54,839 nt of DNA from an uncultured Dehalococcoidales bacterium (GCA_964569715.1 CAZMUD010000001.1:1-54839); one strand, 5' to 3'; numbered from the stretch's first letter, positions 17,575 to 26,414 are shown. Numbers and translations: made by a program. The notes: generated by a model not told the origin, from the sequence alone.

Positions 17575-18420
17575 TCATTGGGCTCTGGTGTGTGCTGATG
17601 TGGCACCGCTATACACGTTATCTTCTGGGCGAATGGACTGCTCTTGGGTTTGTCCAGTCTCGCCTTTTTTAAGAGTTACAAAGACAGTTTTCCTGGGCCT
17701 GTCTTTTAGCCTTGGTACGGCTGCGACTCTCTTAAGAAGGCCGGGACTGGCCTCCCCGTTAAGCGGTTTTTCACTTATTTTTTCTATCTCGGGCATCTCT
17801 CCTAACTTATTCAGGATATCCGCCATCGGTGCAGCCTGTGGTAAGACAACCGTCATGGCAGTGCCCTCCTGCCAAGAGCCAACCACTTGCAGCACGCGGG
17901 ACCGAAGCATCTCCTCCACTTGACTGGCAAATCTCATCAACTGGTTAGCCTCAATAGGTGGAAGTATAACCAACTGCATCTCCTCAGGCATGCTGGTGAA
18001 TTCTTCTGCCTCTTCGGCAAGTCTCTCTTCATACTCAATCAGGGATTTCTTGGTCTCTAAGGCGGTGCGTATACCGGTAGCGACTCTATCTAGGTCAAAC
18101 GGTTTGACAATATAGTCTAAAGCCCCCAACTTCATAGCCACAACAGCGGTACCAACGTCATTGACAGCCGTTACCACGATAACGGCCGTATTGTGGCGAT
18201 TTGACCGTATCTTCGTCAATACCTCCAAACCAGATATACCATGCAACCTTATATCCAGCAAAACTACATCGAAGTCCTCTGTGTCCAGTTTGGCGAGGGC
18301 ATCATTACCAGTGAGAACCGCAGTGCACAGGTAGCCCCGTTCAGTTAGTTCCTCATAGAGGACATCACATACCACCTGCTCGTCGTCCACAATAAGGATA
18401 CTTGGCTTTTTGGAAACCAT
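17575..18420 (-). CDS. response regulator: receiver domain + unassigned ~150-aa C-terminal region
   Basis: ILIVDDEQVV...VVLLDIRLHGISG...IVKP, then a C-terminal part with no motif I recognise. GGAGGTG lies 5 nt upstream of the ATG. Confidence 0.8.
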   Translation of the reverse strand: MVSKKPSILIVDDEQVVCDVLYEELTERGYLCTAVLTGNDALAKLDTEDFDVVLLDIRLHGISGLEVLTKIRSNRHNTAVIVVTAVNDVGTAVVAMKLGALDYIVKPFDLDRVATGIRTALETKKSLIEYEERLAEEAEEFTSMPEEMQLVILPPIEANQLMRFASQVEEMLRSRVLQVVGSWQEGTAMTVVLPQAAPMADILNKLGEMPEIEKISEKPLNGEASPGLLKRVAAVPRLKDRPRKTVFVTLKKGETGQTQEQSIRPEDNVYSGATSAHTRAQ

Positions 18421-18490
18421 TTTTCACCTCCCCTTACTTTACTAGCATACGCTTATGCGCTGACCTTGTTCCAGACACCACTTGCAGCAA

Positions 18491-18703
18491 CTGATACTAA
18501 TCATCTCTTAAAGTTCACTAAAGTCTGTAATAGTTTACTAAAGTCCATACCAAAATGTCAAGAGGTATGGGCAAGATTTGCGCCAGTTCGGGACAAACTG
18601 ATACTAATTATCTCCTAAAGTATACTAAAGTCTGAAATAGTTTACTAAAGTCCATACCAAAATGTCAAGAGGTATGGGCAAAATTTGCGCAGTTCGGGAC
18701 AAC
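18491..18703. repeat. 107-bp tandem direct repeat (2 units, 18491-18597 and 18598-18703)
   Basis: The units differ at about 8 positions including a 1-nt indel. Each carries three (A/C/T)CTAAAGT boxes and the inverted repeat CCATACC-N13-GGTATGG. Confidence 0.9.
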
Positions 18704-18740
18704 AGGTTGGTGTTTTTAGCTAGGGGAGCCAGTGAAGCTC
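18696..18740. repeat. 45-bp direct repeat, copy B (partner at 14481-14525); contains a short ogt-derived fragment
   Basis: See copy A. gccagtgaagctcggcgg matches ogt gccagtgatggcacgctcggtgg with the same internal deletion as remnant A. Confidence 0.75.
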
Positions 18741-19508
18741 GGCGGCAGATAATTTAGCTCTGTACAGCCTTCGCTTAGCCTCAGAGACCCCTTTTATTTT
18801 CAGGTTCAAGAAATCCAGTTCGTATTCCTCAATCAGCCCTTCACCAGCAAAGCTGAAGTATCTATTGCTGCCTATTATGATATGGTCTAAGACCCTAATC
18901 CGCATGATACTCCCGGCATAGACCAGGTCTCTGGTCAGCTCTTTATCACTCTTGCTGGGCTCGGGGTTGCCTGAGGGGTGGTTATGGGCAAAAATCAGCG
19001 AGGCGGCATTATTTTTAATAGCACTTTCCACAACCTCACGGGGGGAGACAGAGCTGCTATTTATTGTCCCTTCAAAGAGGTCTTCAGTTTCAATAATCTG
19101 GTTTTGGATATTTAGATAAATAACCTTGAATACCTCTTTCTTGAGGTCTCGCATTGAGTGGTAGAGATAATCAAAAACCTCCTGGGCGGACTTATAAATA
19201 GGCTTATCAATAATTTTTTCCTTAAGGAATTCCCTGGCTACTTCCTGCGTCAGCTTGATACCAAAGGCACTATGAGCACCAATGCCGTCTATTCGCTGTA
19301 ACTCTTCGGGGGGAGCTTCCAGAACTCCTCTCAGGGTCTTGAATTTCTTTAGAGCCTCCTTTGCCTGTCGTTTACAGTCCTTACGGGGTGTGCCCAGGCT
19401 TAGAAGTAACTCAATAATTTCGTAGTCATGGAAGCCCTTAAGCCCCGACTTAATAAACTTTTCTCGCAGCCTTTTCCTGTGTCCTAGTGATATACTATCT
19501 GAAGGCAT
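18720..19508 (-). CDS. radC: RadC-family JAB/MPN protein
   Basis: HhH region IDGIGAHSAFGIKL and JAB motif HNHPSGNPEPSKSDKELT. It lies 31 nt downstream of dnaE on the same strand. The C-terminal ~25 aa read into the ogt-derived scar. Confidence 0.9.
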   Translation of the reverse strand: MPSDSISLGHRKRLREKFIKSGLKGFHDYEIIELLLSLGTPRKDCKRQAKEALKKFKTLRGVLEAPPEELQRIDGIGAHSAFGIKLTQEVAREFLKEKIIDKPIYKSAQEVFDYLYHSMRDLKKEVFKVIYLNIQNQIIETEDLFEGTINSSSVSPREVVESAIKNNAASLIFAHNHPSGNPEPSKSDKELTRDLVYAGSIMRIRVLDHIIIGSNRYFSFAGEGLIEEYELDFLNLKIKGVSEAKRRLYRAKLSAAELHWLP

Positions 19509-19539
19509 TTTGGATTTTTCCTCTTTACATATTCTAACA

Positions 19540-22500
19540 CTAGGAAGCCAGGGCTTCTACCCTTAGCCCACTTTCTCCCACCAGCTCTATCAGCCGCTGA
19601 TGAAGCTCGGGGCAGTAGCTTGTCTTAGACAACTTAAGGCTATTAATCTCCCCATCAATTTCTATACGCAGGATAACCTCGTCCTGTCCGGGGAACTCTT
19701 TCAGAGTGTCATTCACTTTCTGCAGACTGGCTATATCGCTATCCTTATCACTGGTCTGAGTGATGCTGATTACCAGTCGGTGGCTTTTGGCTAATGCAGT
19801 GTCAGGCGGAGTTTCTTCAGCTACCACCGGCGCCTCACCGGGTTCGGGAGTAACGATTTCTTCAGTCTGGGCTGCTTCTGGTTGGTAGCAGCGCACACTA
19901 TCGCAGTTCAGCTGCACTCTATCATTCCTTAGCTTCACCTTACCTTCAACCAGTAATATATTCCCCTCTTCCCATAGCTCCCTGGTACTATTATAGACTG
20001 TGGACCAGACCATAACCTCAACCCTACCATCAAGGTCTTCCAGAACCACACTGGCAAAGGGACGGCGGTCTCTAGTAAACAGATGGCTAACCGAGGCTAC
20101 CATGCCGGCTACCACCACGGTCTGCCCTACCAGCTCGGCATCAATCTGACCGCACAGGGTGGTATTCTCTGGGGCCAACTTACCGGCAAATGAGCTGAAG
20201 GGATGCTCAGAAAGGTAGACTCCCATCAGCTCCCTCTCCCAGACTAGCTTCTCCTTGATAGAGATATCGGCTGCGGGCAGGTCAAGGCTAGGCATTGGCA
20301 GCGGCATTGCTTCACCCCACAGGTCAAACATGGTAGATTGTCCTGTTTCCCGCAAACGCTGCTCCCGTTGCGCTAGAGAGAGGATACTATTGATGTTATG
20401 GAGTAGCGTGCCTCGGTCGCCCAAAGAGTCCAGGGTTCCAGCCTTAATCAGGCTCTCCACTACCCGCTTGTTTACCCCACGCAGGTCGCAACGGCGGCAA
20501 AGGTCTTCAATAGATTTGAAATCGCCTCCCTTATTACGCTCAGTAATAATAGGCTCTATAGCGCCAAGGCCTACATTCTTGATAGCGGTTAGCCCAAAGC
20601 GAATAGCCGGAGCATGGTCACTATCCTCTTCTATAGAAAAGGTAGCTTGACTCCGGTTTATGTCAGGCGGTAGCACGGTAATATCCAGGCGACGGCATTC
20701 AGCAACAGCACTAGCCACCTTCTCTGGCTGGTCGGCATTGGTAATCAGGAAAGCAGTAATGTATTCTGCCGGGTAGTTTGCCTTGAGATAGGCAGTTTGA
20801 TAGGCAATAAGGGCATAGCTTACACTGTGAGCCTTATTGAAGGCGTAGCCAGCAAAGGGCTCAATAAGGGCAAAGACCTCATCAGCTACCTCAGCCGAAA
20901 ATCCTTTCTTCCTGGCTCCAGCAATAAAGCCACGCCTTTCTTTCTTCATAACTTCGGGAATCTTCTTGCCCATTGCCTTGCGGAAGATGTCAGCCTCCCC
21001 CAGACTATAGCCAGCGAGGGCTTGCACGATAAACAGCACCTGCTCTTGATATACAATCACCCCGTAGGTTTCCTCAAGGATGCTGGCCAGGGCGGGGTCA
21101 GGGTAACGGATAGGCTCCTCACCATGCTTGGCTTTAATGAAGGTAGGGATGTGCTCCATAGGTCCAGGGCGATACAGGGCTACCATAGCGGCAATATCGC
21201 TGAAGGTGGTCGGTTTAAGCTCCTTGATGTAGCGGCGCATGCCAGCCCCCTCCAGTTGAAACACACCGGTAGTTTCCCCCGAGGAGAGCAGCTCAAAGGT
21301 CTTGGCGTCATTCAGCGAGATATGATGCAGGTCAATATCAATACCACGGTTTTGGTAAATAATCTCCTTTGCCTTGCCCAAGATGGTGAGGTTAGCCAGA
21401 CCGAGGAAGTCCATCTTCAAAAGGCCAATCTGGGCAATATCTTCCATAGTGAACTGGGTCATAACAGTTGCTTCACCGTTAGCCTTGCTTACTCGTTGCA
21501 GAGGAACATATCTGGTAAGGGGCTCTTTAGATATGACTACTCCGGCAGCATGAGTGCTAGCGTGGCGAGCAATACCCTCTACCCTCCTGGCTGAATCAAC
21601 AAGGTTACGAACCACTGCATCCTCATCGTAGGTATTACTGAGTTCTCTATTCCCATCCAAGGCTCGAGCCAGGGTCATATTTGGGGCAAAGGGAACCAGC
21701 CTGGCTACGCGGTCAACATCACTATAAGGCATGCCCAGGGCTCGACCCACATCCCTGAGGGCAGCCCTGGCACCCAGTGTGCCAAAGGTAATAATCTGGG
21801 CAACATGGTCTTGCCCGTATTTTTGCGATACATAGGAGATGACCTCGTCACGGCGGCCATCCTCAAAGTCTAAATCTATATCTGGCAGCTCTTGACGCTC
21901 CAGGTTGAGAAAGCGCTCAAAGACCAGTTCATTTTCAACAGGGTCAACCTCAGTGATACCCAGGCAGTGAAGGACAATACTGGCCGCAGCACTACCCCTA
22001 ACCCCGAACAGTATATTATGCTCCTTGGCGAAGGAGATAATGTCCCAGACAACAAGGAAGTAGTTGGCAAATTGAGTCTTCCCTATTACTTCCAGCTCAT
22101 AGTCAAGCCGCTGCTTTATCTCCGGAGTAGGTGCAGGGTAGTATCGGGGTAGACCCTCATAACAGAGGTCAGCCAGAAATTGGTCGGCAGTTTTCCCCTC
22201 AGTCAACCCTATCTCAGGAAGGTAAAGACGGCCAAACTCGAGCTTGAGGTTACACATCTCAGCAATGCGCCCGGTGTTCTCTATAGCCTGAGGAATATCA
22301 CGATAAAGCTCCGCCATCTCCTGCGGACTCTTGAGATAAAAAAAGTCGCCAGCCATCTTCATTCTCTTGTCATCATAGATGGAAGAGTTGGTGCCGATAC
22401 ACAGCAGCAGGTCATGGGCTGAGGCATCCTCCTGATTAATATAGTGGACATCGTTAGTTGCTACCAGCGGAATATCCAACTCAGTGCTCATAGCTATGAG

Positions 22501-23052
22501 ACCCTGATTTATCTGCTCCAGTTCAGGAATGGGGTGCCTCATTATTTCAAGGTAGAAACCGCCAAGTGTTTGCTTATACCACAAAGCAGCCTGTTTTGCC
22601 TCATCAAGTCGTCCTTCCAGAATGAGGTGGGGAACCTCACCAGCGATACATCCAGAGAGGGCAATAAGACCCTGATGATACTGTTTAAGAAGCTCTTTAT
22701 CTATCCGCGGCTTGTAGTAAAAGCCCTCAAGGTGCGCTTTGGTGGTGAGCTGGATTAAATTGCGGTATCCCGTCTGGTTTTTGGCTAGTAGAACAAGGTG
22801 GTAGGGTCTCTTATCGCTGGCATTACGACTGAAGCGGCTATCCTGAGTTATATAAATCTCGCTGCCGATAATGGGTTTTATGCCTGCCTCTTTGGCTGCC
22901 AGGTAGAACTCAATAGCGCCATACATAACGCCGTGGTCGGTTATAGCCAGGCTGTCCATTCCCAGTTCTTTGGCTCGCAACACCAGTTGAGGGATACGGG
23001 ACATGCCATCAAGCAGGCTATACTCGGTGTGGACATGAAGGTGAGTAAACAT
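19540..23052 (-). CDS. dnaE: DNA polymerase III subunit alpha
   Basis: 1170 aa. PHP N-terminus MFTHLHVHTEYSLLDG, a polymerase core (GLLKMDFLGL, YRPGPM) and an OB-fold C-terminus. Confidence 0.97.
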   Translation of the reverse strand: MFTHLHVHTEYSLLDGMSRIPQLVLRAKELGMDSLAITDHGVMYGAIEFYLAAKEAGIKPIIGSEIYITQDSRFSRNASDKRPYHLVLLAKNQTGYRNLIQLTTKAHLEGFYYKPRIDKELLKQYHQGLIALSGCIAGEVPHLILEGRLDEAKQAALWYKQTLGGFYLEIMRHPIPELEQINQGLIAMSTELDIPLVATNDVHYINQEDASAHDLLLCIGTNSSIYDDKRMKMAGDFFYLKSPQEMAELYRDIPQAIENTGRIAEMCNLKLEFGRLYLPEIGLTEGKTADQFLADLCYEGLPRYYPAPTPEIKQRLDYELEVIGKTQFANYFLVVWDIISFAKEHNILFGVRGSAAASIVLHCLGITEVDPVENELVFERFLNLERQELPDIDLDFEDGRRDEVISYVSQKYGQDHVAQIITFGTLGARAALRDVGRALGMPYSDVDRVARLVPFAPNMTLARALDGNRELSNTYDEDAVVRNLVDSARRVEGIARHASTHAAGVVISKEPLTRYVPLQRVSKANGEATVMTQFTMEDIAQIGLLKMDFLGLANLTILGKAKEIIYQNRGIDIDLHHISLNDAKTFELLSSGETTGVFQLEGAGMRRYIKELKPTTFSDIAAMVALYRPGPMEHIPTFIKAKHGEEPIRYPDPALASILEETYGVIVYQEQVLFIVQALAGYSLGEADIFRKAMGKKIPEVMKKERRGFIAGARKKGFSAEVADEVFALIEPFAGYAFNKAHSVSYALIAYQTAYLKANYPAEYITAFLITNADQPEKVASAVAECRRLDITVLPPDINRSQATFSIEEDSDHAPAIRFGLTAIKNVGLGAIEPIITERNKGGDFKSIEDLCRRCDLRGVNKRVVESLIKAGTLDSLGDRGTLLHNINSILSLAQREQRLRETGQSTMFDLWGEAMPLPMPSLDLPAADISIKEKLVWERELMGVYLSEHPFSSFAGKLAPENTTLCGQIDAELVGQTVVVAGMVASVSHLFTRDRRPFASVVLEDLDGRVEVMVWSTVYNSTRELWEEGNILLVEGKVKLRNDRVQLNCDSVRCYQPEAAQTEEIVTPEPGEAPVVAEETPPDTALAKSHRLVISITQTSDKDSDIASLQKVNDTLKEFPGQDEVILRIEIDGEINSLKLSKTSYCPELHQRLIELVGESGLRVEALAS

Positions 23053-23079
23053 TGTCCTTCCTGGCTCAGCGTTTGAATA

Positions 23080-23088
23080 ATTATAGCA
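23080..23088 (-). promoter_or_regulatory. extended -10 element TGCTATAAT upstream of dnaE
   Basis: Minus strand reads ctgTGCTATAATtattcaaacgctgagccAGGAAGGAcaATG. Confidence 0.35.
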
Positions 23089-23180
23089 CAGGGTTAACTT
23101 TTAAAGTATTTTTGTACTCGCCCAACAGGGCTAGTTTTTGAGGTATTTCCCGATTAGATTAAAGAAGCTATTAAGGTAAC

Positions 23181-23350
23181 CCATCCCCCTGACCCCCTTC
23201 CCTTAATAAGGGAAGGGGGAAAAGATTATTTAAGAGAGGCTCCGCCTCTCTTTGACTCTCTTATTTTTGGGGGTGTTTAAGAGGGGCTTCGCCCCTCTTT
23301 TCTATCAATCCCCCTCTCCTTTGAAGGAGAGGGGGATTAAGGGGGTGAGG
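23181..23350 (+). repeat. composite palindromic intergenic repeat, locus 1 (full: hairpins A, B, B', C + tail)
   Basis: A: CCCCCTTCCCTT-aat-AAGGGAAGGGGG (23193-23219). B: AAGAGAGGC-tcc-GCCTCTCTT (23232-23252). B': AAGAGGGGC-ttc-GCCCCTCTT (23279-23299). C: ATCCCCCTCTCCTT-tg-AAGGAGAGGGGGAT (23308-23337). Tail: TAAGGGGGTGAGG. Confidence 0.9.
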
Positions 23351-23406
23351 TAGATAAATACTATTATTTTTAACCTTGACAGTGTAAAATCTCAGCGGGG
23401 ATAAGA

Positions 23407-24102
23407 TTGAAAATTTTGGGTATTGCCGCTAAATGGGTTTTTATATTGTGTCTGCCCATGCTGCTGCTGTCAGCCAGCATCGGCTGGGCAGTAAATAGCC
23501 TCTGGCTCTATAAATATGGCTTTGAGAAATACAATGTCAGCCATACTACCGGCCTGGTCGACTCGGAGCTAGAAAACGCAGCCACCGGGCTAATTAGCTA
23601 CTTTAACTCTGGTGAAGAATATATTAGCCTCACCGTAATTAAGGACAACGAACCGTTTGTTTTATTTAATCAGCGAGAGGTAGTTCACCTCAAGGATGTC
23701 AAGGGGCTGATTCGGCTGGATTACCGGGTTCTACTGGGGACGCTGATTTATGCTTTAAGCTATGCTGGAGTTAGTCTTTTCTGGCGTAAGGGAAAATATC
23801 GGAGAAGACTGGCGTGGGGGGCGGTTGGTGGGGGTAGCATCACCCTGGCTTTAATGCTAGCTCTGGGGTTAGGGACACTACTAGGTTTTGACCAGCTATT
23901 TTTACAGTTTCACCTCATCAGCTTCAGCAATCAGCTATGGCAGCTAAGCCCGACCAGAGACTACCTGATAATGCTCTTTCCCCGGGGCTTCTGGTATGAT
24001 GCTACTCTCTTCTGTGCCCTGGGAACAGTGGGTATGACCGTAATTCTAGGCGGGGTGGCTGGAGGGTATCTACTGTTTACTAGAAAAAGTTTTGTTTTTT
24101 GA
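23407..24102 (+). CDS. TIGR01906/DUF1461-type integral membrane protein (Lit-like)
   Basis: An N-terminal TM, an ~80-aa loop with REVVHLKDVKGLI, then three C-terminal TMs. TTG start as given by the track. Confidence 0.55.
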   Translation: MKILGIAAKWVFILCLPMLLLSASIGWAVNSLWLYKYGFEKYNVSHTTGLVDSELENAATGLISYFNSGEEYISLTVIKDNEPFVLFNQREVVHLKDVKGLIRLDYRVLLGTLIYALSYAGVSLFWRKGKYRRRLAWGAVGGGSITLALMLALGLGTLLGFDQLFLQFHLISFSNQLWQLSPTRDYLIMLFPRGFWYDATLFCALGTVGMTVILGGVAGGYLLFTRKSFVF

Positions 24103-24163
24103 TAATAGGTGTCATAATACAACCAGATAATCAAAAATATCTGCCAAATATTGGGGGTTAATT

Positions 24164-24952
24164 ATGAAGAAAGCCATTATTCCAATCATATTGGTAGTAG
24201 TATTAACAGCAGCACCCCTACTTTCAGGGTGTGAAGTAACTGGCCCCGGAGGTGTAGTTAGCGAAGAAAAGGATTTTGCCGATTTTACCTATGTTGATGT
24301 AGAAGGTACCTTTGAGGTCGAAATAATCCAGTCGGATTCATTCAGCACTTCCGTAAGTGCCGATGAGAGCTTCTTCGATTATATCGCCGTCACCAAAGAA
24401 GGAAACACATTAAGAATATATCTCAAGCCACGCCACATTTTCACTGACTTCACCCTGGGGGCAAAAACCTTGAAAGCCAAGATTACCATGCCCGCTCTGT
24501 ATGGATTAAATCTATCCGGGGCAAGCAAGGCAACTGTCACCGGATTTAAGTCGTCAAAGGATTGCAATCTCAATGTATCAGGGGCAAGTTCCGTAGATAT
24601 AGATGATATTGAAGTGGGTGACATAGAATTTGAAGTATCGGGAGCAAGTAAAGTTAGCGGTAGTGTGAACGCCAGCGATGTAAGATTTGAAGTATCGGGG
24701 GCGAGCGAAGTTGACTTAGAGGGTTCGGCGGACAATATTATGCTTACCGCATCCGGTGCCAGCAAGGTAAACCTGGCTGATTTTCCGCTCAGCAATGCCA
24801 ATGCCAAACTCAGTGGAGCCAGTGAAACAACCCTAGACGTAAAAGGAAGACTGGATGCTGTTCTAAGCGACGCCTCAAGACTTTATTTTCAGGGAAACCC
24901 CACCATGGGCAACATCAGCGTAACCGGCGCCTCAACCATAAAACACGAATAA
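24164..24952 (+). CDS. lipoprotein with DUF2807/GIN-type beta-helical repeats
   Basis: Lipobox LLSGC. There are seven SGAS(K/E/S) repeats (LSGASKATV, VSGASSVDI, VSGASKVSG, VSGASEVDL, ASGASKVNL, LSGASETTL, VTGASTIK). Confidence 0.55.
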   Translation: MKKAIIPIILVVVLTAAPLLSGCEVTGPGGVVSEEKDFADFTYVDVEGTFEVEIIQSDSFSTSVSADESFFDYIAVTKEGNTLRIYLKPRHIFTDFTLGAKTLKAKITMPALYGLNLSGASKATVTGFKSSKDCNLNVSGASSVDIDDIEVGDIEFEVSGASKVSGSVNASDVRFEVSGASEVDLEGSADNIMLTASGASKVNLADFPLSNANAKLSGASETTLDVKGRLDAVLSDASRLYFQGNPTMGNISVTGASTIKHE

Positions 24953-24972
24953 GAAGAAAGGGGATAGTTTAT

Positions 24973-25470
24973 ATGGAAGGGGAACATCTAGCTGCCGTCT
25001 GTGGGCTTTATTGCGGGGCTTGCAGTTTATACCGTGCCCGGCGCGACAACGACCCACAGCAACTAGAGGAGCTACTACAGACTCTGTCGGAACACTGGCA
25101 GGTGCTCTCGGATGAACTCGATTGCGATGGCTGCCTTGCCGGAGGCCGCCTTACTCCTTATTGCCGCGAGTGTAAGATGAGGCTGTGTGCGGCGGATAAG
25201 CCGGGGGTTACCCGATGTTCCGACTGCCCGGACTTCCCCTGCTCCCTCATCACCGACTTCAACAACGACGGAGTCCGTCACCATGCCGAAGTCCTGGAGA
25301 ACATCCGCCACCAGCGTGAGATAGGCGTTGATGAGTGGCTACAGGAAGAATATGAGCGGTGGCGCTGCCAGTTCTGCGGGGTCTCTTTGGAATGGTATAC
25401 CCGGACCTGTTACCGCTGCAGAACACCCCAGCCCCACCGCCTCCCCTCACTGCCGAGGGATGAGAAGTAG
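24973..25470 (+). CDS. Cys-rich protein, DUF3795-like
   Basis: CGLYCGACSLY near the N-terminus, then CDGC, CRECKMRLC, CSDCPDFPC, CQFCG, CYRC. Confidence 0.45.
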   Translation: MEGEHLAAVCGLYCGACSLYRARRDNDPQQLEELLQTLSEHWQVLSDELDCDGCLAGGRLTPYCRECKMRLCAADKPGVTRCSDCPDFPCSLITDFNNDGVRHHAEVLENIRHQREIGVDEWLQEEYERWRCQFCGVSLEWYTRTCYRCRTPQPHRLPSLPRDEK

Positions 25471-25593
25471 TCTCTAAACACGGACGAAACCAACCAAACC
25501 AGAAAGGCTATAATTTTGGGTGGGGTGGTGGGTCAATAAGAATCTCTTTCACCATCTCCAGCGGCTACTTGCCAGTAATTCATAATTACCTCC

Positions 25594-25716
25594 TTATCTC
25601 ATCCTCACCCTCTTCAATCTATTCAGTGCCTCGTTCTTTTCTCTAATTCCCAGTTTTGTTTTATGGATAGCTTTACTCAAAAGCTCAATGCTCTGGTCGT
25701 AGGTTTTCCTACCCAT
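25594..25716 (-). pseudogene. 3'-terminal gene remnant (copy 1), possibly DUF763-like
   Basis: MGRKTYDQSIELLSKAIHKTKLGIREKNEALNRLKRVRMR* is a paralog of the longer remnant at 26415-26600. It is followed by AAGGAGG and a 16-codon stub, MNYWQVAAGDGERDSY* (25533-25583). Confidence 0.45.
25603..25707. repeat. ~105-bp direct repeat, copy 1 (partner 26424-26528)
   Basis: cctcaccctcttcaatc[t/c]attcag[t/c]gcctcgttcttttctctaattcccagttttgtttt[a/g]tggat...gctcaatgctctggtcgt[a/g]ggtttt; offset 821 bp. Confidence 0.85.
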
Positions 25717-25791
25717 CCTCAGCGACAATGATGAGTGTCTGACTGTTCTCTGCAAGCCTAGGGACACTTGGTTCTTTGTTCGTCAGGTAGC

Positions 25792-26343
25792 CTAGTTACC
25801 GAGCTTGACGGCCGTGCCGTAGGCCAAAAGCTCAGCGGCAGTGCCGACGACACTGGTAGTCACGAAGCGGACGTTAATGACGGCGTCAGCCCCCAGCTCC
25901 TCAGCCTGGGCTATCATCCGATCAGCAGCCACTTTACGGGCTCGCCCCATCATCTCCGTGTACTCAATCAGCTCACCACCAAGAACCAGTCGCATTAGAG
26001 CCGAAATGTCCCTTCCGAGCCAGATGGCAAAGATGGTATGCCCCCTGACCAAGCCCAAAGTCTCAGTGACCTCACGACCTGGGACTTCCGCAGAATTTTG
26101 AACCAACATCTGAGGCTGGGGCTCCTCGGGTGGGAGCTCTCCCCCAAGGGCCCCGCCTTTCTGCCGTTCGGCGGCCACCGTTAGCAAGATGACCAGAATA
26201 CCGCCCAAAACGCAGTAGACCGCAATCTTGAACCACAAGGGCAATCCCGGATAGTTGTAGATGTACCAAGGCACCCCGGCAAAGATGGCGGTGAAGAGCC
26301 CGAGTACGAAGACCGAGGAACCGACCAGTCGAATTATCTTCAT
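25792..26343 (-). CDS. YbjQ/UPF0145 (heavy-metal-binding-like) domain protein with two N-terminal TM segments
   Basis: C-terminus GLVRGHTIFAIWLGRDISALMRLVLGGELIEYTEMMGRARKVAADRMIAQAEELGADAVINVRF...AYGTAVKL. AAAGGAGGAG lies 5 nt upstream of ATG 26343 (track start 26418). Confidence 0.8.
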   Translation of the reverse strand: MKIIRLVGSSVFVLGLFTAIFAGVPWYIYNYPGLPLWFKIAVYCVLGGILVILLTVAAERQKGGALGGELPPEEPQPQMLVQNSAEVPGREVTETLGLVRGHTIFAIWLGRDISALMRLVLGGELIEYTEMMGRARKVAADRMIAQAEELGADAVINVRFVTTSVVGTAAELLAYGTAVKLGN

Positions 26344-26414
26344 AGTTTCTCCTCCTTTGGCTAAGATTTCTGAATTCAGTATTGCTCCCCGAGCAAGGTT
26401 CGAACTATGTTCTA

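Noticed and set aside
20797-21594. 265-aa ORF antisense to dnaE, plus several other antisense ORFs in dnaE, the kinase, rny, the mutase and ribosomal genes
   Set aside because: These are shadow ORFs inside strongly supported genes. Their composition is low in complexity and mirrors the sense-strand codons, with no motifs or RBS.
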